Origin: an uncultured Spirochaetota bacterium
Lineage (GTDB): Bacteria; Spirochaetota; Spirochaetia; SZUA-6; DRHE01
Length of the DNA stretch: 64,000 nt
Direction: 5' to 3'
Assembly: GCA_963736785.1 (NCBI GenBank)
Contig: CAVTQG010000049.1
Location: 93,532 to 157,531 of the forward strand
This document shows positions 20,481-31,045 of this stretch, in pieces; positions within the stretch are counted from its first letter, which is position 1; each line of letters starts with the position of its first letter. The notes beneath the pieces were generated by a model. That model was not told the origin of the DNA, ran no database searches, and worked only from the letters and a program-made list of their open reading frames with translations. Both the position numbers and the translations under genes were made by a program.

Positions 20481-21761
20481 GGAAGGCTGGTAGAACACGC
20501 GGCCCTGCAGCCGGTCCGGCAGGTACTGCTGGGCCACCCAGTGTTCGCGGTAGGAGTGCGGGTACAGGTAGCCCTCACCGTGCCCGAAGCCCTCCGCGTC
20601 ACGGCTGGGGTCCCGCAGGTGGCTGGGCACCTCCCCGGCCTGCTCCTTCTCCACCACGGCCAGGGCGTCGAAGAAGGCCAGCGAGCTGTTGGACTTGGGC
20701 GCCGTGGCCAGGTACAGCGCGGCCTGGGCCAGGTGGAAGCGCCCTTCGGGCAGGCCCACCCGGTCGAAGGCCGCGGCGGCCGCCTCGGCCACGGCCAGGG
20801 CCTGCGGGTCGGCCAGGCCCACGTCCTCGCAGGCGAAGATCAGCATGCGGCGGAACAGGAAGCGCGGGTCCTCCCCGGCGTAGACCATGCGCGCCAGCCA
20901 GTACAGCGCGGCGTCGGGGTCCGAGCCGCGCAGGCTCTTGATGAAGGCGCTGATGGTGTCGAAGTGGTAGTCGCCTTCCTTGTCGTAGAGCACCACGCGG
21001 CGCTGGATGCTCTCCTCGGCGATGGACAGGCTGATGCGGATCGGCTCTCCGGGAGAAGGGGGAAAGCGCTCCGGGGTGGTCTCCACGGCCAGCTCCAGCG
21101 CGTTGAGCAGGGTGCGGGCGTCCCCGCCGGACACGTCCACCAGGTGCTCCAGGGCCTCCGGCTCGATGCTCACCTGGTAGGCCCCGTAGCCCCGCTCCTG
21201 GTCTTTGAGCGTCCGCTCCGCGATGGTCCGCAAGTCGTCGGAGCTCAGGGGCTTGAGCTGGAAGATGCGGGAGCGGCTGACCAGGGCCGGGTTCACCTCG
21301 AAGAAGGGGTTCTCGGTGGTGGCCCCGATCAGGACCACGGTGCCGTTCTCCACCCAGGGCAGCAGGGCGTCCTGCTGGGCTTTGTTCCAGCGATGCACCT
21401 CGTCCACGAACAGGGTCGTGCGCCGCCCGTGGTGCTTGCGGCGGCTGTCGGCCTCGGCGGTGGCTTCGCGGATCTCCTTGACCCCCGCCAGCACGGCGTT
21501 GATGCTCACGAAGTGGCTGCGCGTCGTGTTGGCGATGACCCGGGCCAGGGTCGTCTTGCCGGTGCCCGGCGGGCCGTAGAAGATCAGCGAGGCCAGCTGG
21601 TCGGCCTGGATGGCGCGGCGCAGCAGGCGCCCGGGCCCCAGGATGTGCTCCTGCCCGACGAACTCCTCGACGGTGCGGGGCCGCATGCGCGAGGCCAGGG
21701 GCTCACCGTGCTGGCCGGCCGCGTCGAACAGGTCCTTGTCCATAGGCGCCCGCCCCAGCAT
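20478..21761 (-). CDS. rarA: Replication-associated recombination protein A (RarA/MgsA, AAA+ ATPase); frame shift at ~20470
   Basis: Walker A FYGPPGTGKTTLARVIAN; LFVDEVHRWNKAQQDALLPWVENG; LYWLARMVYAGEDP; C-terminal YLPDRLQGRVFYQPS. After a 1-nt shift the reading continues GAEARVRAEVERRREAQLAAML, which parallels the E. coli RarA tail (RGYEKQIAEKLAWL). Confidence 0.8.
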
Positions 21762-21796
21762 AGCCGATCCGCCCCCGCCGTGCTATCCTCACTGTC

Positions 21797-22809
21797 CATG
21801 GAACCGCGAATTGCCCGCCTTAGCCTGCTGCTGGCGCTGCTGCTGCTGCGCGGCCTCCGGCGCCTGGGCCCAGGAGGCAGTCCCCCCGGAGGACTCCCAG
21901 CCCGCCTTCCGCGCGGGCGAAGCCGCGGATGCTGGGCGAGCCGCGGATGGCGGTCTGTCCGGGGCGACTCTCGCCGGCGCCTCCGCCCTGAGCGCCGGCA
22001 AGGCCCTGCTGCTGGGGGCCGTGGAAGGGGTCACCGAGTATCTTCCCGTCAGCTCCACCGGGCACCTGCTGGTGGTCGGCCGCCTGCTGGGCCTCTGGCG
22101 GAACGCGGAAGCGAAAGCCGCCGCGGACGCCTACGCCGTCTGCATCCAGCTGGGCGCCATCCTGGCCGTGTTCGTGATCTCTTTCCCGTGGATCCGGCGG
22201 ATGGCGCGCGGGCTATTCGGGCGGGACGCTGGCGGCCTGCGGCTGCTGGGCTGCCTGGTGCTGGCCTTCCTGCCGGCCGCCCTCCTCGGCTTGGCCTTCG
22301 AGGGTCGGCTCAAGCAGTACCTGTTCAACGTCCCGGCGGTGGCCTCCGCCTGGGTGGCTGGAGGCCTGTTCATCCTGCTGGCCCTGCGCAAGCCGGGCTC
22401 CGCGGGGGGCCGCACGCTGGAGGATCTGCGCTGGGATACGGCCCTGTGGATCGGGCTGGCCCAGGTCCTGGCCCTGTGGCCGGGGGTGAGCCGCAGCCTG
22501 GCCACCATGGCCGCGGGCATCCTGCTGGGGTTGAGCGTGCCGGCCGCGGTGGAGTTCAGCTTCCTGCTGGGCCTGGTTACCCTGGGCGCGGCCACGGTTT
22601 ACGAAGCGCTCACCAAGGGCCGCGAAATCGTAGCCCTGTTCGGCTGGGTCAATCCCGCCCTCGGCCTGGCCGCGGCCGCGGTCACGGCCTTTCTATCGGT
22701 GCGCTGGATGGTTTCCTACTTGAACAGGAAGAGCCCCGTGGTGTTCGGCTGGTACCGCATCGGGGCCGGAGCCGCGGCGGCCATCCTGCTGGCTTCTGGA
22801 ATGCTGTAG
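21797..22809 (+). CDS. uppP: Undecaprenyl-diphosphatase (UppP/BacA) with an unusual signal-peptide-like N-terminal extension (frame shift near 21840)
   Basis: Signature VEGVTEYLPVSSTGHLLV plus 7-8 TM segments to the stop at 22809. The ATG at 21797 encodes MEPRIARLSLLLALLLLRG in the neighbouring frame, which joins the UppP frame (…AWAQEAVPPED…) with a single shift. The start is therefore uncertain. Confidence 0.65.
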
Positions 22810-22820
22810 GCGCTCCGGCG

Positions 22821-23740
22821 ATGGCCGCCGCACGCTCCCTGGTGCAGATCATCCGCGACCGCCGCTCCGTGCGGGCCTTTTCGGGTGAGGCCATTCCTGC
22901 CGCGGCCTTCACCGAGCTGGTGGCCGCCTGCGGCTCCCTGACCCGCGGGCCCCTGGGCACGGACGTGCCGCATCCGCCTCGTGGAGGACGTCTGGTCGGT
23001 CTGGGGCACCCGCCTGTTCCTGGCGGGGGCGGCCCGCGGAGGGCCGCACGCGCTGGCGGACCTGGGCCGGCTGCTGCAGGAGCTGGTGCTGCGGGCCTGC
23101 GGCCTGTCCCTGGGCACCTGCTGGATCGGCCTGGGCTTTCCCCAAAAGGCGTTCGCCGAAGCCCTGGCCCTGGCCCCCGAGGAGGTCCTGCCGGCGGTGG
23201 TCGCCGTCGGGCTGCCTTCCGGCCGGAAAACCGCGTACGGGCTGGCGGCCCGACTGGCCACGCGGCGCCTCCCGGCGCAAGCCCTGGGGCGAGCTATTCT
23301 TCGATGGCGACTTCCGCACTCCCCTCCCCGAACCGCCCGCCGAGGCCGCTGGCCCCTACGCGCTGGCCCTGGAAATGGTGCGACTGGCCCCCTCGGCCCG
23401 CAACCGCCAGCCCTGGCGCATCGTGCGCGACGGCGCCGGCGGCGAAACCCGCTGGCGGCGCAGCCCCGGTTCCACTTCTTCCGGCAGCAGCCGGCCGGGC
23501 TCCTGTCCTCCCGCCCCGACTGGCTGCGCCTGGACATCGGCATCGCCATGGCCCACTTCGAGCTCACCCTGGCCGAGGCGGGGGTGCGCGGGCGGTGGTC
23601 GGCGGCCGGCCTGGCCAGCGGTGGCAACCCCGAAGGGCCCATCCGCCTGCCGGCCGCAAGCGGGCGCTCGCTACGCGCCTTCGGGGCTACCGCCCCGCAC
23701 CGAGTACGTGGCCACCTGGCTGCCGGAGGATCGCCCGTGA
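22821..23740 (+). CDS. Nitroreductase-family protein (two nitroreductase-like halves); frame shifts near 22960 and 23330
   Basis: N-terminus MAAARSLVQIIRDRRSVRAFSGEAIPAAAF (classic nitroreductase start); second half LAPSARNRQPWRIV; C-terminal TEYVATWLPEDRP*. The pieces lie in three frames. The stop overlaps the alaX GTG (GTGA). Confidence 0.55.
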
Positions 23741-24969
23741 CCCGTCGGCTGTACTACGAGGACCCGGAGCTGACCCGCTTCTCATCGCGCCTGTTGGGCC
23801 AGGAGCCGCTGGAGGGGGCGGGACCGCCGCGCTGGGCTGCGATCCTGGAAGCCACCGCCTTCTACCCCGAGGGCGGTGGCCAGCCCGCCGACCGCGGCAC
23901 CCTGGAGGGGGTGCCGGTAACGGACGTGCAGGACCGCGAGGGGGAGGTGCTGCATATCCTTGCCGCGCAGCTGGACGCGGCGCCGGGGACCTCGGTGTCC
24001 TGCGAGGTGGACGCTGAGCGCAGGGCGGATTTCCGGCGGCAGCACACGGGCCAGCACATCCTGTCCGCCGCCCTACAGGCTGCAGCCCGGGCCCGCACCG
24101 TGTCCGCCAACCTGGGCGAGGAGCTCACCTCGGTGGAGGTTGACCTCCCGACCCTGAGCGCGGAGGATCTGGGCGCCGCGGAAGAAGAGGCCAACCGCCT
24201 GGTATGCCGAAACCTCCCGGTGCTCACCCACTGGGTGAGTCCCGAAGAGGCGGCCCGCTTTCCGCTGCGCAAGCCTCCCCCGGCGGGCCTGCAGCGACTG
24301 CGGATCGTGGAGATCCCCGGCGTGGACGCCAGCGCCTGCGGCGGGCTGCACGTGTCCTCCACGGGCGAGGTAGGGCTGATCCGCTACGCCGGACAGCAGA
24401 AGATCCGCGGGCGGGTGCGTCTGCAATGGAGGATCGGCAGCCGCGCCTGGCGTGAGCTGCGTGCCCGGGAAGGCGTGCTGGCCGAGTTGGCGCGCGAGCT
24501 CACCTGCGGCGTGGAGGAGCTGCCGGCCTCCGTGCGCACCCTAAGGGCCCGGCTTAAGTCCCAGGAGCTGGCAGTGGCGGGCGCGGAGGAAAGGCTGGCG
24601 GGGCTGCTGGCCGAGCGCCTGCGGGGCGAGGCAGAAGAAGTCGCGCCCGGGGGGCCCAGGCTGGTCTGCCGCCTTCTGGAAGCGGAAGGCCCGGCCCTGC
24701 TCCCGGCGCTGTTCCAGGAGCTGGCCTCCTCGCCCCGCACGGTGGTCTGCCTGGCAACCGCCTCCGGGGAAGGCGTCCTGTCATGGCTGCTGGGCTGCAG
24801 CGAGGACCTGAGCTTAGAGCTGGGCGCCCGGCTCCCGGCGCTGCTGGCGCCGATCGAGGGCAAGGGTGGCGGGCGGGGGCGCCGCTGGCAGGGCACGGGC
24901 CGCCGCCCGCAGGGCTGGCCCGCGCTGTGCGCCGAATTGGGTCGCCTGCTGCGCGAACCGCCGGCCTGA
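23737..24969 (+). CDS. alaX: Alanyl-tRNA editing protein AlaX-like (Ser-tRNA(Ala) deacylase, tRNA_SAD domain)
   Basis: GTG start. Motifs RRQHTGQHILSAAL (HxxxH) and ACGGLHVSSTGEVG (CxxxH) of the AlaRS editing domain. ~410 aa. Confidence 0.7.
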   Translation: MTRRLYYEDPELTRFSSRLLGQEPLEGAGPPRWAAILEATAFYPEGGGQPADRGTLEGVPVTDVQDREGEVLHILAAQLDAAPGTSVSCEVDAERRADFRRQHTGQHILSAALQAAARARTVSANLGEELTSVEVDLPTLSAEDLGAAEEEANRLVCRNLPVLTHWVSPEEAARFPLRKPPPAGLQRLRIVEIPGVDASACGGLHVSSTGEVGLIRYAGQQKIRGRVRLQWRIGSRAWRELRAREGVLAELARELTCGVEELPASVRTLRARLKSQELAVAGAEERLAGLLAERLRGEAEEVAPGGPRLVCRLLEAEGPALLPALFQELASSPRTVVCLATASGEGVLSWLLGCSEDLSLELGARLPALLAPIEGKGGGRGRRWQGTGRRPQGWPALCAELGRLLREPPA

Positions 24970-24978
24970 GGCCCTCCC

Positions 24979-25797
24979 TCAGGGACCCTTCCCGAGAGCG
25001 TACAGCAGGATCGCCGCGGCCACCGACACGTTCAGGGAGTCCACCCCTGCGCGCATGGGTATTCGCAACAGCAAGTCGCAGCCCCCTGCCCACGGCTCGG
25101 GCAGTCCCTCCGCCTCCTCGCCGAGCACCAGGGCCACCGGCCCATCACGGCGCCACGAGTCCAGCGGCAGAGCCTCCGGTGCGGGGGAGGCGCCGGCGAG
25201 GCGGTAGCCCGCCGCGCGCAGTCGCTCGAGCTCGGCGGCCTCCTCCTGCAGAGCGAGCAGGGGCAGGCGGAAAGCGGCGCCCATGGAGACCTTCAGGGCG
25301 CGGCGGGACAGCGGGTCGCAGCAGCTCGGGCCCACGGCCAGGGCGTCGGCCCCCAGCGCGGCGGCCGAGCGCACGATGGAGCCCAGGTTGTACTCCCCGG
25401 TGAGCCGGGGGCAGAGCACCAGGGTGCCGCCAGACGGCGCGCCTGCGGGCCGGGCCGGGAGCCGCTCGCCCAACAGCCAGGCGGCCAGGGAGGGGAACCC
25501 CGGCCGGCGAGCCGCGGCCAGCACGCCCCGGTGGAAGGGAAAGCCGGCCAGCCGGGCCAACTGCTCCTCGTCGGCCGTCAGCACCGGGCAACGGCCCGCG
25601 GCCAGCTCGCGGAAGTGCCCGGCGAAGCGGGGAGCGCACAGCACGGAGAGCACCTCCCAGCCGCTGGCCAGCAGGCGCTCCACCAGCCACCTCCCCTCGG
25701 CGACGAGCAGCCCCTCCCGCCGCAGGTCCCTGTCGCGCAGATCGCGATACAGCTCCAGTTCCATGCCCGCTCCCCGCAGCCGATTGTAGCAGAGCAC
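24979..25797 (-). CDS. TrmH/SpoU-family RNA 2'-O-methyltransferase
   Basis: C-terminal SPOUT motif GVDSLNVSVAAAILLYAL and a conserved LVLGEEAEGL block. The start may be at 25767 (MELELY) rather than 25797. Confidence 0.7.
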   Translation of the reverse strand: MLCYNRLRGAGMELELYRDLRDRDLRREGLLVAEGRWLVERLLASGWEVLSVLCAPRFAGHFRELAAGRCPVLTADEEQLARLAGFPFHRGVLAAARRPGFPSLAAWLLGERLPARPAGAPSGGTLVLCPRLTGEYNLGSIVRSAAALGADALAVGPSCCDPLSRRALKVSMGAAFRLPLLALQEEAAELERLRAAGYRLAGASPAPEALPLDSWRRDGPVALVLGEEAEGLPEPWAGGCDLLLRIPMRAGVDSLNVSVAAAILLYALGKGP

Positions 25798-25832
25798 TCC
25801 AACCTTGACACGCCGGCGGAGACGGGCCTATC

Positions 25833-27440
25833 GTGCAGGCAGTGGCGCCCCTGGAGCGTTCCTGCGGGATCCTCCTGCATCCCACCTCCCTCCCCGGAGC
25901 ATTCGGAATCGGCGGCCTGGGCGCGGAGGCCCGGGCTTTCGTGGAGTTTCTGGCCGCCGGCCGGCAGTCGCTCTGGCAGGTGCTGCCGCTGGGCCCCACC
26001 GGTTACGGCGATTCCCCGTACCAGAGCTTCTCCGCCTTCGCCGGCAACCCACTGCTCATCGACCCGCCAACTCTGGCCGAGGAAGGCCTGCTGGCCGCCG
26101 CCGACCTCGCCGACCCGCCTGCATTTCCCGAGGAGCGGGTGGACTACGGCACGGTCATCCCCTACCGGACGGCTCTCCTGTCCTCCGCCTGGCGGCGCTG
26201 GAACGCCGGCACGCGGGACCGCGGAGGCCTGGAAGCCTTCCGCCAGGCCTCCGCCTCCTGGCTTCCGGACTACGCCCTGTTCATGGCGCTGAAACGCCAC
26301 TTCGCCCAGCGCGGGCTCCATGTGTGGAACCGCTGGCCCGCGGAGCTGGCCCGGCGCGAGGCGGACGCGCTCCGGCAGGCGCGTCTCGAGCTGGCGGAGG
26401 CGATCGGATTCGAGGAGTTCCAGCAATACCAGTTCTTCCGCCAGTGGGGCGCGCTCAAGCGCCTGGCCGCGGAAAAAGGACTCCGCCTGATCGGGGACAT
26501 CCCCATCTTCGTGGCTTTCGACAGCGCGGACGTATGGGCCCACCAGGAACTGTTCCGCCTGACCGCCTCGAGGGAGCCGGAGGTGGTGGCCGGCGTGCCG
26601 CCGGATTACTTCAGCCCCACCGGGCAGCTCTGGGGCAATCCCCTCTACGACTGGAAGCGCCTGGCCGCCGACGGGCTACCGCTGGTGGTTGGAGCGGGTC
26701 CGCTCGGCCCTGGCCTTGGTGGACCTGGTTCGCCTGGACCACTTCCGCGGCTTCCAGGCCTGCTGGGAGGTGCGGGCCGGCAGGCCCACCGCCGAGCGCG
26801 GGCGCTGGGTCAAGGGGCCCGGGGCCGACCTGCTCGCCGCGCTGGCCGGCGCGCTGGGCGGGCTGCCTCTCATCGCCGAGGACCTGGGCGTGATCACCCC
26901 CGCGGTGGAAAGACTGCGGGACCGCTTCGGGCTCCCGGGGATGAAGGTGCTGCAGTTCGCCTTCGACGGGGACGCCTCCAATTCCTTCCTGCCCCACAAC
27001 TACGGCGCGCAACTGCGTGGTGTACACCGGCACGCACGACAACGACACGACCCTGGGCTGGTACCGCGCGGAAAGCTGAGAAGACGCGCGACCAGGTGCG
27101 CCGCTACCTGGCCCGCGACGGGCACGACGTGGCCTGGGACCTGGTGCGCCTGGCCTACGCCTCCGTGGCTTCCATGGCCGTGGTGCCCCTGCAGGACCTG
27201 ATGAAACTGGGAACCGAAGCGCGCATGAACTACCCCAGCCGGGCGCAAGGCAACTGGCAGTGGCGCTTCACTCCAGCCATGCTGAGCGGGGAGATCAGCG
27301 GCCGGCTGCGGGAGCTGGCCCTGCTGTACGGGCGCTGCCCGCCGGAGCCCGAGGAGCCTGAGAAGCCCGCAAGAGCGGGGTCGGCAACAGCCTCCCCGGC
27401 GGCCGCCGGCAGCCCCGCCGCGGAGCCGGCGCCGCGATAG
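25833..27440 (+). CDS. malQ: 4-alpha-glucanotransferase (amylomaltase MalQ, GH77); at least three frame shifts between 26680 and 27060
   Basis: N-terminus ERSCGILLHPTSLPGAFGIGGLG and PLGPTGYGDSPYQSFSAFAGNPLLID are GH77 signatures. The central block is only coherent in ORF 26689..27201 (DLVRLDHFRGFQACWEV…PGMKVLQFAFDG). The C-terminus is VPLQDLMKLGTEARMNYPSRAQGNWQWRF. Confidence 0.75.
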   Translation: MQAVAPLERSCGILLHPTSLPGAFGIGGLGAEARAFVEFLAAGRQSLWQVLPLGPTGYGDSPYQSFSAFAGNPLLIDPPTLAEEGLLAAADLADPPAFPEERVDYGTVIPYRTALLSSAWRRWNAGTRDRGGLEAFRQASASWLPDYALFMALKRHFAQRGLHVWNRWPAELARREADALRQARLELAEAIGFEEFQQYQFFRQWGALKRLAAEKGLRLIGDIPIFVAFDSADVWAHQELFRLTASREPEVVAGVPPDYFSPTGQLWGNPLYDWKRLAADGLPLVVGAGPLGPGLGGPGSPGPLPRLPGLLGGAGRQAHRRARALGQGARGRPARRAGRRAGRAASHRRGPGRDHPRGGKTAGPLRAPGDEGAAVRLRRGRLQFLPAPQLRRATAWCTPARTTTTRPWAGTARKAEKTRDQVRRYLARDGHDVAWDLVRLAYASVASMAVVPLQDLMKLGTEARMNYPSRAQGNWQWRFTPAMLSGEISGRLRELALLYGRCPPEPEEPEKPARAGSATASPAAAGSPAAEPAPR

Positions 27441-27504
27441 CTTGCCCACTTGCATCGCGAGCCGAAATCCGCCATGATGGGAACGTAGCCAGCGGAGGTG
27501 GACA

Positions 27505-27738
27505 GTGCGCGAAAAGGTCGAGGAAGCCCTCAAATCCATCCGCCCGGGCCTGCAGGCCGACGGCGGGGACGTGGAGCTCGTGGAAGTGACGGAAGAAGGT
27601 GTGGTCAAGGTGCGCCTGAAAGGCGCCTGCGGCGGCTGCCCCATGTCGCAGCTCACCCTCAAGCAGGGCATCGAGCGCCGGCTGAAGGCCTCCATCCCGG
27701 AAGTCAAGAGCGTGGAGTCGGTTCCCCTGCAGCGCTGA
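27505..27738 (+). CDS. NifU-like Fe-S cluster assembly domain protein (Nfu-type)
   Basis: 77 aa; IRPGLQADGGDVELVEV…RLKGACGGCPMS (CxxC of the Nfu/NifU C-terminal domain). GTG start with GGAGGTG RBS at -6. Confidence 0.75.
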   Translation: MREKVEEALKSIRPGLQADGGDVELVEVTEEGVVKVRLKGACGGCPMSQLTLKQGIERRLKASIPEVKSVESVPLQR

Positions 27739-27812
27739 GCCCGCCTGCCCGGTTCGCCCGGAATTTCCCCGCTCCCGCAGTCCAGCGACCCGCGCCATCA
27801 GGGCGCCGGCCC

Positions 27813-28865
27813 TCATCCCTGTCCCGGTACCACCGCGATGCGCTCCTGGTGGCCGGCGCGCAGCAGCCGCACCTCCACGGCCGTGCCCGCCGGCCATTTG
27901 GTGAGCAGGCGGTGCAGGTCGTCCACGGTCGCCACCAGGGCGTCCCCCAGCGCATAGATCAGGTCCCCGCGCTGCAGGCCGGCGCCGGCCGCCGGGCCTC
28001 CCGACTCCACGGCCGCCACCTCCACCACTGAAGGCGTGCGCAGGCCGAGGCGGTGCTGCAGGCGCCGGTTCACCGGCCGGGACTGGGCGCCGATGCCCAG
28101 GTAGGCCCTGCGCACCTTGCCGTGCATGACCAGCTCGCTCACCACCCAACGCACCGTGTTGATGGGCACGGCGAAGCTGATGCCCTGGGCCATGTAGATC
28201 ATGGCCGTGTTGATGCCGATCACCCGGCCCCGGCTGTCCACCAGGGGCCCCCCGGAGTTGCCGGGATTCAAAGCTACGTCCGTCTGGATGACGTTGTCGA
28301 TCAGACGCCCGGACTGGCTGCGCAGGGATCGGCCCAGCGCGGAGATCACCCCGGCGGACACCGTGCTCTGGAAGCCCAGGGGGTTGCCGATGGCGATCAC
28401 CAGCTGGCCCACGCGCAGGACTTCGGAGTCGCCCAACTCGGCGGTTGGCAGACTCCCGTCGGAGATGCGGATCACCGCCAGGTCCGTGGCCGGGTCCGTG
28501 CCGATGGTCTGGGCCGCGAAGGTCCTCCCGTCGGTCATCACGACCTCCAGCTCCGCGCCTCCCTCCACCACGTGGTTGTTGGTCAGCACGAAGCCGTCCG
28601 GGGTCAGGATGACCCCCGAGCCGGAACCTTCGCCAGCGTTGCGGCCGGCCGGTTTGTGCACCCCGATGGCCACCACCGCGGGGCCCACCTTCTCGGCCAC
28701 GCCCATCACCGCCCGGGAGTAGGCATCCAGGATTTCGGTGTCCGCGGCCGTGGGTCCCCCGGCCTCCCGTCCGGAACCCTTGGCTGGCCCGGGGCTCTCA
28801 TGGTTATCAGAGGGGTGCAGGAGAAACCGCAGGCTTTCGCTTCCGCCGTGATGATCTTTCGCCAC
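27813..28865 (-). CDS. HtrA/DegP-family trypsin-like serine protease with one PDZ domain
   Basis: Catalytic blocks TNNHVV (His), DLAVIRI (Asp), GNSGGPLV (Ser) and a C-terminal PDZ-like region (GLQRGDLIYALGDALVATVDDL). No signal peptide is evident. Confidence 0.8.
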   Translation of the reverse strand: MAKDHHGGSESLRFLLHPSDNHESPGPAKGSGREAGGPTAADTEILDAYSRAVMGVAEKVGPAVVAIGVHKPAGRNAGEGSGSGVILTPDGFVLTNNHVVEGGAELEVVMTDGRTFAAQTIGTDPATDLAVIRISDGSLPTAELGDSEVLRVGQLVIAIGNPLGFQSTVSAGVISALGRSLRSQSGRLIDNVIQTDVALNPGNSGGPLVDSRGRVIGINTAMIYMAQGISFAVPINTVRWVVSELVMHGKVRRAYLGIGAQSRPVNRRLQHRLGLRTPSVVEVAAVESGGPAAGAGLQRGDLIYALGDALVATVDDLHRLLTKWPAGTAVEVRLLRAGHQERIAVVPGQG

Positions 28866-28923
28866 GAGCTATAAAGTACTGACGCGCCGCCGCCGCGTCC
28901 AAGCCCCCTGCCGCTCGAACGCC

Positions 28924-29742
28924 TTGCGCCGGCGCGCGCTCGCGGGTACAGTGGTCGGCATGGAAGTGCTCAGGAAGTGCCTGGAGGCCCTGGAGACCGG
29001 TCACGACGTGGTCCTGGTCACGGTGCTGGCAGCCGGCGCCGGCACGCCGGGCAAGGAAGGCTTCAAGCTGCTGTTGTCCGACGACGGCTCCACCCACGGC
29101 ACCGTGGGCGGCGGCGCGCTGGAGCATCGCGCGCTGGCCGACGCCCGCCAGGCCCTGGACGCCCGCCGGAATGCTCTCACCACCTATGAGCTCGCCTCCC
29201 TGGGCATGGTCTGCGGGGGGCAGGTCACCCTGGCCTTCGAGTTCCTGGCGGGGACCCGCTCCTTCCTGCTGTTCGGAGGCGGTCACGTGGGCCGCGCCCT
29301 GGCTCCCATCCTGAAGTCCCTGGGCTTCCGGGTCACGATCTACGACTCGCGCCCCGATTTGCAGCCGGTATTGGCGGCGGTCCCCGGGCTCCGCGTGGTG
29401 ATCGGCGAGTACGCGGATATCGCTCCGCTTCACGAGGAGCTGGAGCGCGCGGAGTTCTGCTTCATCGCCACCCACGGGCACCTGCACGACTACCAGGTGC
29501 TGGCCCAGGTGCTGGCCGGGAGCGGCAGGCGCCGCTACATCGGGCTGATCGGCTCCCGCTCCAAGGTGCGCGCCACCCGTGAGCGGCTGGCCCGCGACGG
29601 CATTTCCGCGCCGGACTGCCTGTACGCCCCGGTGGGCCTGGCCCTCGGGGCCCAGAGCCCGGCGGAGATCGCCGTAGCCGTGGCCGCCGAGGTCGTGGCG
29701 CTGCTGCGCGGCGCATCCGTCCCCAGCCTGCGCGACCGGTGA
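28924..29742 (+). CDS. XdhC/CoxI-family molybdenum-cofactor insertion accessory protein
   Basis: LLFGGGHVGRALAPILKSLGFRVTIYDSRPD (Rossmann-like XdhC core) and an N-terminal XdhC domain (VVLVTVLAAGAGTPGKEG). Alternative start at 28960. Confidence 0.65.
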   Translation: MRRRALAGTVVGMEVLRKCLEALETGHDVVLVTVLAAGAGTPGKEGFKLLLSDDGSTHGTVGGGALEHRALADARQALDARRNALTTYELASLGMVCGGQVTLAFEFLAGTRSFLLFGGGHVGRALAPILKSLGFRVTIYDSRPDLQPVLAAVPGLRVVIGEYADIAPLHEELERAEFCFIATHGHLHDYQVLAQVLAGSGRRRYIGLIGSRSKVRATRERLARDGISAPDCLYAPVGLALGAQSPAEIAVAVAAEVVALLRGASVPSLRDR

Positions 29743-30984
29743 CCCTGTTCGAGCCGCCCGTGGCGGGCGCCCGTCTCCAGATGGCGGCGCTCACCACCTT
29801 CGGGCTGGAGGCCCTGGCCGCCGAGGAGCTGCGGCGCCTGGCCTTCCCCGATCCGGTGGTGGAAAACGGCCGCGTGCGCTTCGTCGGCGGACCCCCCGAG
29901 CTGGCCCGGGCCTGCCTCTGGCTGCGCACGGCCGATCGGGTCGTGCTGCGCCTGGCTGAGTTTCCCGCGCCGGACTTCGACGCGCTGTACCAGGGGGTTC
30001 AGGCGGTGCGCTGGGAGGAGTTCCTGCCGGAGGACGCCCGCCTGGAGGTGTCCGCGCGCAGCCACCGCTCAGGCCTCACGGCGCTGCCCTCCTGCCAGGC
30101 CACGGTGAAGAAAGGCATCATCCAGGCCTTGCGCCGGCGCCATCCCCGGGAACGTTTCCCGGAGTCCGGTCCGCGGTACGCGGTGGACCTGGCCCTGGAC
30201 CGCGATCAGGCCGTGCTCAGCCTGGACGCCACCGGCGAAGGCCTGCACCGCCGCGGCTACCGCCGCCGTGCCGGCCAGGCCCCCCTGCGGGAAACCCTGG
30301 CGGCAGCGCTGGTGCTGCTCTCGCGCTGGGAGCCCTCGCGCCCGCTGGCCGATCCGCTGTGCGGCTCGGGAACCATCGCCATCGAGGCCGCCCTTCTCGG
30401 GTTGGGCCTGGCGCCTGGGCGCCTGCGGGGCTTCACCGCGGAGAGCCTGGCCGCATCTGCCGGAGAGCGTCTGGCGTGAGGCCCGCGCCCAGGCCCGCGC
30501 GCGGGAACAAAGCTCCGGGACCGCGGCCCTGAGCCTGCAGGCGTCGGACCGCGACGAGGGCATCGTGCGGGTGGCGCGCGAGAACGCCCTCGCCGCCGGG
30601 GTGCAGCAGGCCGTGCGCTTCCGCGTGCAGCCGGCCGAGGAGTTCCGCTCCGCCGAACGCTATGGCTGCCTGATCTGCAACCCGCCATACGGGGAGCGCT
30701 CCGGGGAGGCCGGCGAGGTGGAGGAGCTGTACCGCCGCCTGGGCCGGGCCTTCTCCCGGCTTCCGGACTGGTCGGTCTTCGTGCTCACCGGCCACCCCGG
30801 CTTCGAGCGGTTCTACGGGCGAAGGGCGGACCGCAACCGCAAGCTGTACAACGGGAACCTGAAGACCTACCTGTACCAGTACTTCGGGTCCCTGCCGCCC
30901 GGAGGTGCTCCCCCGGAGACGGAGGCTCCGGGCGCGCGAGCGGCCGGCGCGGAACTGCCCCCGGCCGGGGAGCGCCAGGCATGA
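29739..30984 (+). CDS. THUMP-domain class I SAM-dependent RNA methyltransferase (RlmL/UPF0020-like); frame shift near 30450
   Basis: DPLCGSGTIAIEAAL (motif I) and LICNPPYGERSG (NPPY motif IV) lie in two overlapping ORFs (29739..30479 and 30268..30984). Confidence 0.7.
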
Positions 30985-31045
30985 GCCGGGCGCTTTGCGC
31001 TTTCCTTCCCGCCGTGTACCTCGCTACATTTGGAACAGAACGCGG

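Noticed and set aside
19902-24017. 1371-aa plus-strand ORF
   Set aside because: Arg/Gly/Pro/Ala-rich translation typical of an open non-coding frame in ~70% GC DNA. It runs antisense across rarA and spans the real uppP, nitroreductase and alaX genes. Only short stretches coincide with real reading frames (for example MAAARSLVQIIRDRRSVRAF of the nitroreductase).
25805-25835. TTGACA-N18-TATCGT promoter-like element before malQ
   Set aside because: The -10 element overlaps the GTG start codon of malQ. Any transcript would then begin inside the ORF. It is probably coincidental.
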